Positions 27,157 through 39,507 of a DNA stretch of 64,000 nucleotides are shown piece after piece. A program made the translations under genes and the position numbers. The stretch comes from Gemmatimonadota bacterium (GTDB lineage Bacteria > Gemmatimonadota > Gemmatimonadetes > Longimicrobiales > Gaopeijiaceae), in the NCBI GenBank assembly GCA_045863275.1, contig BTVB01000017.1, forward strand, positions 10,371-74,370, read 5' to 3'. Each line of letters begins with the position of its first letter. Positions within the stretch are counted from its first letter, which is position 1. The notes below the pieces were generated by a model, which saw only the letters and a list, made by a program, of their open reading frames with translations, did not search any database and was not told the DNA's origin.

Positions 27157-27525
27157 ATGGACTCCGCCCCGACCCCCGTCCCCATCCCCGTCTCCGACGA
27201 GGAGCTCCTGGCCCAGTGCCGCGTGGAGACGTTCCGCGCCGGTGGGCCCGGTGGCCAGCACCAGAACACCACCGAAAGCGGGGTGCGCCTGGTGCACCTC
27301 CCCACGGGGGTCCGGGCGAGCGCCCGCGAGGAGCGCAGCCAGCACCGGAACCGCAGCGTGGCGCTGGAGCGCCTCCGCGCCAAGCTCGAGAAGCGCAACG
27401 CCCGGAAGCCGCCCCGCGTGGAAACGCGGGTCCCGGCGTCGGAGAAGCGCAAGCGGCTGGAGGCCAAGCGCCGCAAGGGCACCACCAAGAAGCTCCGCCG
27501 TCGCCCCGAGCCCGACGGCGAGTAG
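27157..27525 (+). CDS. arfB: Alternative ribosome-rescue factor ArfB (peptidyl-tRNA hydrolase, RF-1 domain with GGQ)
   Basis: Track ORF, 122 aa. It has the GGQ motif in FRAGGPGGQHQNTTESGVRLVHLPTG, then SQHRNR and a Lys/Arg-rich C-terminal tail. Confidence 0.85.
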   Translation: MDSAPTPVPIPVSDEELLAQCRVETFRAGGPGGQHQNTTESGVRLVHLPTGVRASAREERSQHRNRSVALERLRAKLEKRNARKPPRVETRVPASEKRKRLEAKRRKGTTKKLRRRPEPDGE

Positions 27526-27623
27526 CCACGACGTCTTTCCCGCGTGGGCCTCGAAGCCTAGCTTCGGCAGGCCGACCCTCCCCCGCCCGCCGGCGGGGAC
27601 CGGCCTTCCCTCCGAGGCGCTTC

Positions 27624-28763
27624 ATGGACGACCAAGCCCCCATCCGGGTCCTCCTCATCGACGACGACGAGATGGCGGTCCCCCTCACCCGGGCCATCTT
27701 CGACCAGATCCCCCGCGCCACGTTCGAGCTGGACGCGGTGCGGACCTTCCGGGAGGGAGAAGAGGCCGTCGGCCGGGGCGCCCACGACGTGTACCTGGTG
27801 GACTACCTCCTGGGAGACGAGTCGGGGATCGAGCTGGTGCGCCGGGCCCGGGCGGCACGGAACCGGGCTCCCATGATCCTCCTCACCGGCAAGGGTCGCT
27901 ACGAGGTGGACGTGGAGGCCATGGAGGCCGGGGTCTCCGACTACCTGGAGAAGACCTCCGTGGACCCGGACCGCATGGAGCGGGCCATCCGGTATGCCAT
28001 GGAGCGCAGCCGCGCGGAGGCGGCGCTGCGGGACAGCGAGGCACGCCACCGGGGCATGTTCGACCACCTCCCCATCGGCCTCTATCGAACCTCCGTCGAC
28101 GGGGAGCTGCTTGACGCCAACCCGGCGCTGGTCCAGATGCTCGGGCACCCGGACCGGGAGACGCTGGCCTTCGACTACGCCCGGAACTTCTTCGTGAACC
28201 CGGCCCACCGGCAGAGCTTCCTGGCGCGCCTGGAGCAGTTCGGCGTGATCCGCGGTTTCGAGAGCGATCTGAAGCGGCCCGACGGGCAGGTGGTCCGGGT
28301 GCGCAACGCCGCCCGGTCTCACCGCGACGCCGCCGGGGCGACCCTCTACATCGAGGGCGCCGTGGAGGACGTCTCGGAGGAGCTGGAGGCCCGGGACCTC
28401 CACGGTAGGGCGGCCCGCTTCTCGTGGGTCTTCGAGGAGTCGGGGCTCGCGCTCCTGGTCCTGGACCTCATCGGCCAGGTCACCGACGCCAACCCCGCCT
28501 TCCTCAGCGCGTTCGGCTACGCGGTCAAGGAGCTGCGGGGGCGCTCGGTGCTCGACCTGGCCGACCCCTCGGACCGGGACGCCGTGGCAGAGGAGATACG
28601 CCGGGTGGCGGCGGGCGCCGCCGAGCGCGCCGAGTCGCAGCGGCGCCTCCGGGCGGCCGACGGGGCCCTCCTGTGGGCAAGGACCCGCACCGGCCTGGTG
28701 CGCACCGCCAAGGGCCACCCGGACCACCTCCTCGTGTTCCTGGAGGACGTGGCCGAGGTCTAG
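27624..28763 (+). CDS. Response regulator: receiver domain followed by two PAS domains, no recognisable output domain
   Basis: Last 379 aa of track ORF 27216..28763, from ATG 27624. The REC residues are present (IDDDE, LVDYLLGD, LLTG, DYLEK). Two PAS-like segments follow (FDHLPIGLYRTSVDGELLDANPA..., FEESGLALLVLDLIGQVTDANPAF...). Confidence 0.8.
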   Translation: MDDQAPIRVLLIDDDEMAVPLTRAIFDQIPRATFELDAVRTFREGEEAVGRGAHDVYLVDYLLGDESGIELVRRARAARNRAPMILLTGKGRYEVDVEAMEAGVSDYLEKTSVDPDRMERAIRYAMERSRAEAALRDSEARHRGMFDHLPIGLYRTSVDGELLDANPALVQMLGHPDRETLAFDYARNFFVNPAHRQSFLARLEQFGVIRGFESDLKRPDGQVVRVRNAARSHRDAAGATLYIEGAVEDVSEELEARDLHGRAARFSWVFEESGLALLVLDLIGQVTDANPAFLSAFGYAVKELRGRSVLDLADPSDRDAVAEEIRRVAAGAAERAESQRRLRAADGALLWARTRTGLVRTAKGHPDHLLVFLEDVAEV

Positions 28764-28772
28764 TCGGGGAAG

Positions 28773-28846
28773 TGGGCCCGGCAGGGCTCGAACCTGCGAC
28801 CGATGGATTATGAGTCCACTGCTCTAACCAACTGAGCTACGGGCCC
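28773..28846 (-). tRNA. tRNA with anticodon CAU (elongator Met type or lysidine-modified Ile2)
   Basis: The reverse complement is GGGCCCGTAGCTCAGTTGGTTAGAGCAGTGGACTCATAATCCATCGGTCGCAGGTTCGAGCCCTGCCGGGCCCA. It folds as a cloverleaf: 7-bp acceptor stem, GCTC/GAGC D stem, GTGGA/TCCAT anticodon stem, CTCATAA loop and GCAGG/CCTGC T stem. CCA is not encoded. It lacks initiator features. Confidence 0.9.
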
Positions 28847-28971
28847 GGCGGGGGAAAGATACACCCGACGGCCGCCGACGGCGCAACGTCCCCCGCCCCG
28901 CGCCACCCTGGATCTTCCACGGCCCCGCAGTACCTTCACTGGTCGGTTCGATCCCTCCCGGGAGTCCCTGC

Positions 28972-30314
28972 ATGCGAGTGCTGGTGGTCGGCGCGGGAGA
29001 GGTGGGCTTCCACCTCGCCCGGCGCCTCTCCGAAGAGAACCAGGACGTGGTGCTCATCGAGGCCGACCCGGAACGGGCCGACTTCGCCGGGCAGCAGCTC
29101 GACGTCCTGACGGTGGTGGGGAACGGAGCCTCGCTCTCGGTGCTGGAGAACGCCGGCGTCCGCGGGGCCCGCATGCTCCTGGCCGTGACGAGCCGCGACG
29201 AGGTGAACCTCATCGCGTGCCTCGCCGCGAAGAAGCTCGGCGTGCACTACACCATCGCCCGGATCTCCAACGCCGAGTACTACGAGCGGGGCAGCGTGCT
29301 CTCCCGGGAGCAGATGGGCATCGACCTCATGATCAACCCGGAGCGGGAGTGCGCCTGGGAGACCTACCAGCTCCTGCAGAGCGCCGCCGCCACCGACGTG
29401 GCGCAGTTCGCCGGGGGCCGGGTCCAGCTCATCGGGCTCCAGGTCCGCGAGGGAGCGCCCGTTGCCGGCAAGAGCCTTCGCCAGCTGGGCGAAGAGCTGG
29501 AGGGGAAGCACTACGTCACCGGCGCCGTCGTGCGGAACGGGCTCACCACCATCCCCGACGGCGACACCGTGATCCACGTGGGCGACCGCCTCTACATGCT
29601 GGCTCCCACCACCGAGATCCATGCCATCCCGCCCCTGGCCGGATACGAGCGCTTCCACCTCCGCCGCGTCATGATCGCCGGAGGCAGCGCCGAGGGTGAG
29701 TTCCTGGCGGAGATCCTCGAGGAGCACGGAGTGGAGAGCACGATCCTGGACCGGGACCGGCGCCGGTGCCTCGAGCTGGCGGAGCGCCTTCCCCGCTCGC
29801 TGGTCCTCCACGCCGACGCCACCGACCTGGAGCTCCTGGAGATGGAGGGGGTGAGCGGGATCGACGGCTTCGTCTCGGCCACGGGCCACGACGAGACGAA
29901 CCTCCTCTCCAGCCTCCTCGCCAAGACCGTCGGGGCGAAGAAGGTGGTCAGCCTCGTCCACAAGTTCGAGTACCTCCGCCTGGTGCCCCGGGTGGGCATC
30001 GACGCGTCGGTGTCGCCCCGCATGTCCACGGTGAACGCCATCCTGCGGTACGTCCGCCGCGGCCGGGTCATGACGGTGGCCAGCCTCTCGGGCATCGACG
30101 CCGAGGCCATCGAGTTCCGGGTGGAGGAGGGGGCGCGGGCGGCGGGCCTGGCCCTGAAGGACCTGGACTTCCCCAAGGGAGCCATCGTGGGCACGATCCT
30201 GCGCGGCCCGGAGATCATCATCCCCCGGGGCGACGACCGCATGCTCCCCGGGGACGAAGTCATCGTCTTCACCCTCCCCCACGCCATCCCCGACGTGGAA
30301 AGCCTCTTCGACTG

Positions 30315-30315
<1 letters not shown>
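28972..30315 (+). CDS. trkA: Trk potassium uptake system NAD-binding subunit TrkA (double RCK)
   Basis: Track ORF, 447 aa. It has two Rossmann/RCK halves (MRVLVVGAGEVGFHLA; VMIAGGSAEGEFLA), each followed by a TrkA-C segment. Confidence 0.9.
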
Positions 30316-31784
<1,469 letters not shown>

Positions 31785-31785
31785 C

Positions 31786-33180
<1,395 letters not shown>

Positions 33181-33205
33181 GTCACTTCCACGTGAGGCGG
33201 TCTCC

Positions 33206-33877
33206 ATGAAGCGGTTCGCGGTGGTGGGTCTCGGCGCCTTCGGGTCCTGGGTGTCGCGGGCCCTGACGCGGTCGGGTTTCGACGTCATCTCCATCGACCG
33301 GGACGCCGAACGGGTGGACCGATTCGCCCACGAGGTCGCTCGGGCCATCGTGGGCGACGCCACGGACCTCCAGCTCCTGAGGAAGGCGGGCGTGGCCCAT
33401 GCGGACGCGGTTGTGGTGAGCACGGGCGACGACCTGGCCGCCTCCATCCTCACGGTGCTGGCCCTCAAGGACCTCCACGTGCCGCGCATCGTGGTCAAGG
33501 TGCCCTCCCCCGAGGCGGTGCGGGCCCTGGAGCGCTTCGACGTGGAGGTGGTGTTCCCCGACCGCGAGGCCGCCGAGCGCCTGGCCTACCGCCTGGCCTC
33601 CTCCACCGTCCTGGAGTACATCCCGCTGGGACGGGCCCACTCCATCCAGGAGATCGGCGTTCCCTACGCGTGGATCGGCATGTCCCTCCGCCAGCTCGCC
33701 CTCCCCACCTCCACCGGCATCCAGGTGGTGGCCCTGTTCGACGTCCTCTCCGGCGGCTGGGACGTGGTCCCCTCCCCCGACCGGGTCATCACCGACTCGG
33801 ACGTGGCCATCGTCGCGGGGAGCACCGACCGCATCGAGGAGCTCGTGCGAAAGACGGCCCAGCGCGGCGAAGAGTAG
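33206..33877 (+). CDS. ktrA: KtrA/TrkA-type single-RCK regulatory subunit
   Basis: Track ORF, 223 aa. It has an N-terminal Rossmann fold (FAVVGLGAFGSWVSRAL) and a C-terminal TrkA-C domain. Confidence 0.8.
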   Translation: MKRFAVVGLGAFGSWVSRALTRSGFDVISIDRDAERVDRFAHEVARAIVGDATDLQLLRKAGVAHADAVVVSTGDDLAASILTVLALKDLHVPRIVVKVPSPEAVRALERFDVEVVFPDREAAERLAYRLASSTVLEYIPLGRAHSIQEIGVPYAWIGMSLRQLALPTSTGIQVVALFDVLSGGWDVVPSPDRVITDSDVAIVAGSTDRIEELVRKTAQRGEE

Positions 33878-33880
33878 CGG

Positions 33881-34519
33881 TCACTTCGTCCCGAAGAGCC
33901 GGTCCCCCGCGTCGCCCAGCCCGGGGAGGATGTACCCGCTCTTGTTGAGCTGGCGATCGAGCGCGGCGGTGAAGACCGGCACGTCGGGGTGCGCGGCGCG
34001 CAGCGCCGCCACTCCCTCCGGTGCGGCCACGATGCACATGAAGGAGATGTGCTCGGCGCCCCGGGCCTTCAGCCCCGAGACCGCGGCCACCGCGGACCCC
34101 CCCGTGGCGAGCATGGGGTCCACCACCACGAAGCGGCGCACCTCGGACTGGCCCGGGACCTTGAAGTAGTACTCCATGGGCTGGAGGGACTCCTCGTCGC
34201 GGCTCATCCCCACGTGCCCCACGCGGGCGCTGGGCAGGAGGCGCAGCACTCCTTCCACCATCCCCAGCCCGGCCCGAAGCACGGGGACGACGACGAGCTT
34301 CTTTCCCTTGATCTTGTGGCCGGTCATCGCCTCCAGGGGGGTGCGCACGGGCACCTCCACCTCGTCCAGGTCACGGGTGACCTCGTACGCCATGAGCATG
34401 GCGATCTCCCCCACCAGCTCGCGGAAGAGCTTGGACGGCGTCTTCACGTCCCTGAGCAGGTGGAGCTTGTGGCGGATGAGGGGATGGTCGATGACGGTGA
34501 CGCCGGCCGGTGCGCTCAT
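33881..34519 (-). CDS. upp: Uracil phosphoribosyltransferase
   Basis: Track ORF, 212 aa. It contains [24 protein letters not shown], the PRPP loop [13 protein letters not shown] and a C-terminal [18 protein letters not shown]. Confidence 0.95.
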   Translation of the reverse strand: MSAPAGVTVIDHPLIRHKLHLLRDVKTPSKLFRELVGEIAMLMAYEVTRDLDEVEVPVRTPLEAMTGHKIKGKKLVVVPVLRAGLGMVEGVLRLLPSARVGHVGMSRDEESLQPMEYYFKVPGQSEVRRFVVVDPMLATGGSAVAAVSGLKARGAEHISFMCIVAAPEGVAALRAAHPDVPVFTAALDRQLNKSGYILPGLGDAGDRLFGTK

Positions 34520-34620
34520 GGTCGCCTGGGTTGGGGGATCGCGGGGATGCTACCTTAGAGGAGGACCGGGCAGGGGGAAAGACCGACGCCCGGTGCACGC
34601 CCCGCAGCCCGTGGCAGGCC

Positions 34621-35274
34621 ATGACCGACCCCGACTGGGCCGCACGACGCGCGCAGATGGTCCGCGGCCAGCTGGAGAGCCGCGGGATAGCCGCGCCCCG
34701 GGTCCTGGATGCCCTGGCCCGCGTCCCCCGCGAGCGCTTCGTTCCCGAGGGCGCGCGCGCCCGCGCCTACGCAGACCACGCCCTGGGCATCGCCCACGGC
34801 CAGACCATCTCGCAGCCGTACATGGTGGCGATCATGACCCAGGCCCTCGACCTGGACGGCACCGAGCGCGTGCTGGAGGTGGGGACGGGCTCGGGGTATC
34901 AGTGCGCGGTCCTGGCCGAGCTGGCGCGGGAGGTCTGGTCGGTGGAGCGCATCCCCTCGCTTGCCCAGGAGGCCGCCCGGCTCCTCGCGGGCCTGGGGTA
35001 CGGGAACGTCCACGTGCGTACCGGCGACGGCTCCCGTGGGTGGCCCGACGAGGCGCCCTATCAGGCGATCCTGGTCACCGCCGCCACGCCGACCCTCCCC
35101 CCCTCCCTCCTGGACCAGCTCGACGCCGCCGGGGGCATCCTGGTGGCGCCGGTGGGAGACCGAGAGCTCCAGCACCTGGCCGTGGTGGAGCGGCAGGGAA
35201 CCACGTTCGTCACCCGCCGCTCCATCGGATGCCGGTTCGTCCCCCTCGTGGGGAAGGAGGGGTGGCCGGAATGA
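34621..35274 (+). CDS. pcm: Protein-L-isoaspartate O-methyltransferase
   Basis: Last 217 aa of track ORF 34510..35274, from ATG 34621. It contains GQTISQPYMVAIMTQAL, the SAM motif VLEVGTGSGYQCAVLA, and PYQAILVTAA. Confidence 0.9.
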   Translation: MTDPDWAARRAQMVRGQLESRGIAAPRVLDALARVPRERFVPEGARARAYADHALGIAHGQTISQPYMVAIMTQALDLDGTERVLEVGTGSGYQCAVLAELAREVWSVERIPSLAQEAARLLAGLGYGNVHVRTGDGSRGWPDEAPYQAILVTAATPTLPPSLLDQLDAAGGILVAPVGDRELQHLAVVERQGTTFVTRRSIGCRFVPLVGKEGWPE

Positions 35275-35280
35275 GCGCGG

Positions 35281-36939
35281 CTACCGCTTGATGCGCTCGC
35301 CCTTGTCCTCGTAGCGGAAGATCCAAGCGGCGACGCGCCCGGGTCGGATCCGCCCGGTGAGGTCGCCGTATTCGTGGTCCCCCCCCGACCCCCTGGCCAC
35401 CCCGGGGCGCTCCCGCAGCTCGGCCAGGAGCCCGGAGCAGCGGTCCTTCCAACGGGTCCAGTTCGACGGGCGCAGGTCCACCCAACCCCGGTCCACCAGG
35501 CGCTGGTCCCGCAAGGGCACGTCGGGCTCGGGCGCGACGCGCACCTGAGGCCCCCGGAGGACGTGCTCCCCGTCGGGAAGCACCACGGGCAGCCCGATGG
35601 AGACGATGCGTTGCCGGAAGTCGGCGTCGCCCCGCACCAGCTCGTGGGCCCGCCGGGCCGCGTCGTCGGGGTCCAGCCCGGCGGCCGCTTCCAGCGTACC
35701 GAACAGGCGCGAGAGGATCTCCCCCTCGAAGAGGAGCTTGGAGAGGCGGGGCGGGCCCAGCATCTCGTAGGCCACCGAGCGGATGCCGCTCTCGGCCTCC
35801 AGAGCCTCCATGTGGTCGATGGCCACGCTCCTCAGCGCGCCGGCCCGGTAGGTGGGGCCCATGGTGGCGGCGTCGAGGGCGGTGACCACGTCCTTGCCCG
35901 TGGGGTGGGAGAGGATCTCGCGGACCACGTTGTCGGCGATCTCCTCGGGGGTGACGAACTCCATGAGGCCCAGCGCCGTGAGCGTCTCGAACTCGCCCAG
36001 GCTGAAGAGGCCGTTCTCCCCCGCGTCGAGGTAGACGCCCTCCAGCGGCGTCCCGGTGGAGGCGTAGCCACGCTCGTGGCCGGGCGCGAACGCCTCCGCA
36101 AGGGGAAGCGCCTCCACGGCGTCCACCTTCTCGATGGGCTTTCCGCCCCTCTTCACCGGCCCCTTGGCGATGGACTTCCAGGAGATGGCCGCCGTGGGCT
36201 TCACCTCCTTCACCGCCGGAGCCCCCGGGGTGCGGGCCATGAGGTAGAGGTAGAGGGTCTGGGCGCCGGCGATGCCCGTCTTCGCCAGGAGCACCCGCGA
36301 GGGGCGCTCTTCGGAATGGGTGAACGGGATGTTGAGGCCCATGCCCCCGGTGCCGGCGGTGCCCACCTTCACCAGGACCTCGGTGCCCGCCCGGCGCATG
36401 CCCTCCAGCGCGATCTGGGTATGGCGGATGAGCTGGGGGAGGTACAGCGTGGCCAGGTGCTCCTCCACCGCCGCGGTGTCGGCCTTCCCCTGGGAGGCCG
36501 CCTCCCGGAGGCGGGCCACCGACGCGAAGACGTTCTGGTACGCCAGCGCCCCCGCGGTGTTGATGCAGTCCACCACGATCTGGGGCGACGTCTCCTCCAG
36601 CAGGCGGCCGAAGGTGGAGCGGCGAAACACCTCCTCGGTGAGCTCCCCGTAGAGGTCGTCCACCAGGTCCCGGAGCCGCTGCGGCTCCTTGGGGATCTCG
36701 GTGCGGGGCAGGTCCTTCATGGCATAGGGCACGAAGACGTCCCCCCAGAAGGCTTCCAGCGCCACGCCCTCGGCGCCGGGGTCGGCGGCGAGCTCGGCGA
36801 GGGCCGCGTCGGTCTCCTCCTTGCGCAGGGAGCCGATGACGATGCGCCGAGGGGCGCTCTCCAGGATCTTGCGCGCCACCGCGATGCCCACCAGGCCGGC
36901 GCCGCCGAGGATGAGCACCGTCTTGTCTCTCAGATCCAT
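35281..36939 (-). CDS. NAD(P)-binding Rossmann-fold protein of unknown function (552 aa)
   Basis: Track ORF. It has an N-terminal GxGxxG (KTVLILGGAGLVGIAVARKI), then VVDCINTAG and LVKVGTAGTGGMGLNIPFTHSE. I could see no classical SDR YxxxK. The C-terminal ~300 aa are unassigned. Confidence 0.65.
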   Translation of the reverse strand: MDLRDKTVLILGGAGLVGIAVARKILESAPRRIVIGSLRKEETDAALAELAADPGAEGVALEAFWGDVFVPYAMKDLPRTEIPKEPQRLRDLVDDLYGELTEEVFRRSTFGRLLEETSPQIVVDCINTAGALAYQNVFASVARLREAASQGKADTAAVEEHLATLYLPQLIRHTQIALEGMRRAGTEVLVKVGTAGTGGMGLNIPFTHSEERPSRVLLAKTGIAGAQTLYLYLMARTPGAPAVKEVKPTAAISWKSIAKGPVKRGGKPIEKVDAVEALPLAEAFAPGHERGYASTGTPLEGVYLDAGENGLFSLGEFETLTALGLMEFVTPEEIADNVVREILSHPTGKDVVTALDAATMGPTYRAGALRSVAIDHMEALEAESGIRSVAYEMLGPPRLSKLLFEGEILSRLFGTLEAAAGLDPDDAARRAHELVRGDADFRQRIVSIGLPVVLPDGEHVLRGPQVRVAPEPDVPLRDQRLVDRGWVDLRPSNWTRWKDRCSGLLAELRERPGVARGSGGDHEYGDLTGRIRPGRVAAWIFRYEDKGERIKR

Positions 36940-36958
36940 GATCGCTGCCTTTTCGTGG

Positions 36959-37690
36959 TTATCCGCCCGAGGTCAGGCCCGTCAGGCGGCTGATTTCTTC
37001 ATCGGTGAGGGGGCGCCACGCGCCCTGGGGCAGGTCGCCCAACTCCATGGTCCCGAACCGGACCCGCAGCAGGCGGAGCACCGGGTGACCCACCGCCTCC
37101 AGCAGGCGGCGCACCTCCCGCTTCCTCCCCTCGGTGAGCACCAGCGAGAGGATGCCCCGGGTCCCTTCTCTTCCCACCACGCCGGCGGCCTTGGCGCGCG
37201 CGGGGCCGTCCCCGAGGACCACTCCGTCGGTGAGGCGCCGCACGGTGGAGGGCGTGGGGATCCCCACCACCCAGGCGCGGTACTCCCGCTCCACCTGGCG
37301 GCTTGGGTGGAGCAGCTCGTGGATCACGTCGCCCTGGTTGGAGAGGAGGAGGAGCCCCTCGGTCTCCCGGTCGAGGCGTCCCAGGTACTTGAGCTGGGCC
37401 AGCTCGGGGGGAAGCACGTCGTAGATGGTGGCCCCTCCGTGGGGGTCGGAGCGGGTCGTGAGGACCCCCGCCGGCTTGTGGAACGCGAACCAGGCGGGAA
37501 GGGACGTGGCGTCCACCACCTCCCCGTCCAGCTCCACCACGTCCCGTCCGGGGACCACGCGCCCGCCCAGCTCCTCCACCACCGCGCCGTTCACCCGGAT
37601 GCGTCCTTCCAGGATCATCCGCTCCGCTTCCCGGCGGGACGCGCGTCCGGCCATGGAGAGGTACTTCTGGAGTCGGATTCCGTCAGACAC
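36959..37690 (-). CDS. rluB: Pseudouridine synthase, RsuA/RluB family (S4 domain plus catalytic domain)
   Basis: Track ORF, 243 aa. It has an S4 domain (IRLQKYLSMAGRASRREAERMILEGRIRVNG) and the catalytic motif YLGRLDRETEGLLLLSN. Confidence 0.85.
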   Translation of the reverse strand: MSDGIRLQKYLSMAGRASRREAERMILEGRIRVNGAVVEELGGRVVPGRDVVELDGEVVDATSLPAWFAFHKPAGVLTTRSDPHGGATIYDVLPPELAQLKYLGRLDRETEGLLLLSNQGDVIHELLHPSRQVEREYRAWVVGIPTPSTVRRLTDGVVLGDGPARAKAAGVVGREGTRGILSLVLTEGRKREVRRLLEAVGHPVLRLLRVRFGTMELGDLPQGAWRPLTDEEISRLTGLTSGG

Positions 37691-37693
37691 GGA

Positions 37694-38410
37694 TCACTCC
37701 TGGGAGGTCACGCGGGCCGCAGGATCCTCCTCCCCGGGCTCCGCGTCGGCCCCCTCTGCCGGCGCATCGGGCACCGGAGCTTCGGCCTGGCCGCCGGCCT
37801 CCGTCGACTCGCCGAGGACGAGCTGCTCCGCCTCCGGCGGCGTCCCCTCGCCCTCCCCCTCGAGCTCCTCGGGGCCCAGGGGAATGCGCTCCCGGAGGAT
37901 CACGGGTAGCTCCTCGGGCCGCGGCAGGTCCTCCAGGGACTTGAACCCGAAGTGCTCGAGGAACCTCTGAGTCGTGCCGTAGAGCACGGGGCGCCCCAGG
38001 CCCTCGGCCCGCCCCACCACGTCGATGAGCTCCCGGTCCTGGAGCGTCTTGAGGACGCCCGCCGAGCCGACGCCCCGGACGTACTCGATCTCGATGCGGC
38101 CGAGGGGCTGCCGGTACGCGATGATGGCCAGGGTCTCCAGCGCGGGCCCGGAGAGGCGGGACGGGCGCGGGACGTTGTCGAAGCGCTCCAGGTAGGGAGC
38201 GAACTCCGGGCGGGTGAGGATCTGGTAGCCCTCGGAGATCACCACGATCTGGAAAGACCGCTCCGCGTCGTCGTACTCGGCCTGGAGGAAGCGGATGGCC
38301 TGCTCCACCTGGTCTTCGTCCAGGGCCTCGTCGGCGCGGGCGATCTCGTCGGCGGTGAGGGGCGCGTCGGAGGCGAAGAGCACCGCCTCCACGATCTGAT
38401 GGGCGTTCAC
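37694..38410 (-). CDS. scpB: Segregation and condensation protein B, with acidic C-terminal tail
   Basis: Track ORF, 238 aa. It contains EAVLFASDAPL, LETLAIIAYRQPLGRIEIEYVRGV, GRPVLYGTT and FLEHFGFKSLEDLP. Its GTG start overlaps the scpA stop as GTGA. Confidence 0.85.
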   Translation of the reverse strand: MNAHQIVEAVLFASDAPLTADEIARADEALDEDQVEQAIRFLQAEYDDAERSFQIVVISEGYQILTRPEFAPYLERFDNVPRPSRLSGPALETLAIIAYRQPLGRIEIEYVRGVGSAGVLKTLQDRELIDVVGRAEGLGRPVLYGTTQRFLEHFGFKSLEDLPRPEELPVILRERIPLGPEELEGEGEGTPPEAEQLVLGESTEAGGQAEAPVPDAPAEGADAEPGEEDPAARVTSQE

Positions 38411-39507
38411 GCCTGCGCCGCTCCTTCGTCTTCTCGGTTCAAGGGTTCTCCGTCCTCCGGGGACACCCCCGAGGACATCTCGTCGGCGGATTCCGCTGAG
38501 GGCGCCTCGGTCCCCGACGCGTCGTCGGGCCCGGCCGACGCCTCGACCGTCGCCGCGGGACCGGCGGCCAGCTCGTGGAGCGTGCCCTCCACCTTGCGCA
38601 TCGCGCCCTCGAGGGCCTCCTGGGCGTGGGTCGCCTCCTCCGCGTCATCGGCTCGCCTGGCGAGGAACGCCGGACGCCTGCGCCGGTGCACCGCCGCCTC
38701 CGCCTCCTCGTCCTCCAGGGGCGCCACCTCGGTGAGGTCGCCCTCGGGGGGCGCCTCCGCGGGCTCCTCGTCCCTCCGGTAGATCCACAGCTCCGCGAAG
38801 GGCTGGGTCTGGCGGAGGAAGAGGAGGCGGCGCCGGGTGAGCTCGAGGCCGGCCAGGAAGGTCATGACGCCGTGCATCTTCTCCTGGAAGCCCCGCAGGA
38901 GCTTGCTGAACTCCACCCGGGTGCTCACGCGGAGGGCGTCCAGGATGACGACCACCTTGTCCTCCATGGACACGGACCGGGGCGTCACCCGGTGCTGACG
39001 CTGGTGGGGGATGGGCATCTCGACGCGGAGCGCGGCCTCGAAGACCTCCTCCCACGTGGTCTCCAGGGGCGACTCGGAGACCGGACGACGGGGCCTGGGC
39101 GGGCTGAAGCCCTTCCCGAAGCGCCGCGCCCGGTCCGCCTCTGCGGCGGAGAGGCGCTGCGAGACCTCACGGATGAGCTCGTACTCCAGGAGGCGGCGGA
39201 CCAGCTCGGCCCGGGGGTCCTCGTCCTCCTCCTCGGCCGACCGGGGCAGGAGCATCTGCGCCTTGATGCGGATGAGCGTCGCCGCCATCTCCAGGAACTC
39301 GCCGGCGCTGTCCAGGTCGTGGGCCTGGATCCCCCGGATGGCCCGGAGGAACTGGTCGGTGATGCGCGCGATGGGGATGTCGAAGACGTCGATGTCCTGC
39401 GTGCGGATGAGGTGCAGCAGCAGGTCGAGGGGGCCCTGGAAGCGATCGATCTCGACGACGAGGAAGCCCTCGCGCTGGACGGTCCCCTCGACGACGGTCA
39501 GATCCAC
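38407..39507 (-). CDS. scpA: Segregation and condensation protein A (kleisin), with a ~125-aa acidic C-terminal extension
   Basis: C-terminal 366 aa of track ORF 38407..39945, from GTG 39507. It contains FQGPLDLLLHLIRTQDIDVFDIPIARITDQFL and AGEFLEMAATLIRIKAQMLLP. The start is uncertain (CTG 39501 is also possible). Confidence 0.8.
   Translation of the reverse strand: MDLTVVEGTVQREGFLVVEIDRFQGPLDLLLHLIRTQDIDVFDIPIARITDQFLRAIRGIQAHDLDSAGEFLEMAATLIRIKAQMLLPRSAEEEDEDPRAELVRRLLEYELIREVSQRLSAAEADRARRFGKGFSPPRPRRPVSESPLETTWEEVFEAALRVEMPIPHQRQHRVTPRSVSMEDKVVVILDALRVSTRVEFSKLLRGFQEKMHGVMTFLAGLELTRRRLLFLRQTQPFAELWIYRRDEEPAEAPPEGDLTEVAPLEDEEAEAAVHRRRRPAFLARRADDAEEATHAQEALEGAMRKVEGTLHELAAGPAATVEASAGPDDASGTEAPSAESADEMSSGVSPEDGEPLNREDEGAAQA

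Noticed and set aside
28941-28962. GGTCGGTTCGATCCCTCCCGGG upstream of trkA resembles a tRNA T-arm and the 3' end of the nearby tRNA. It could be an att-site duplicate of an integrated element.
   Set aside because: - It does not fold as a T-arm because the stem halves are not complementary.
- It is in the opposite orientation to the tRNA and matches it only loosely.
- No integrase or foreign-looking genes lie between the two.
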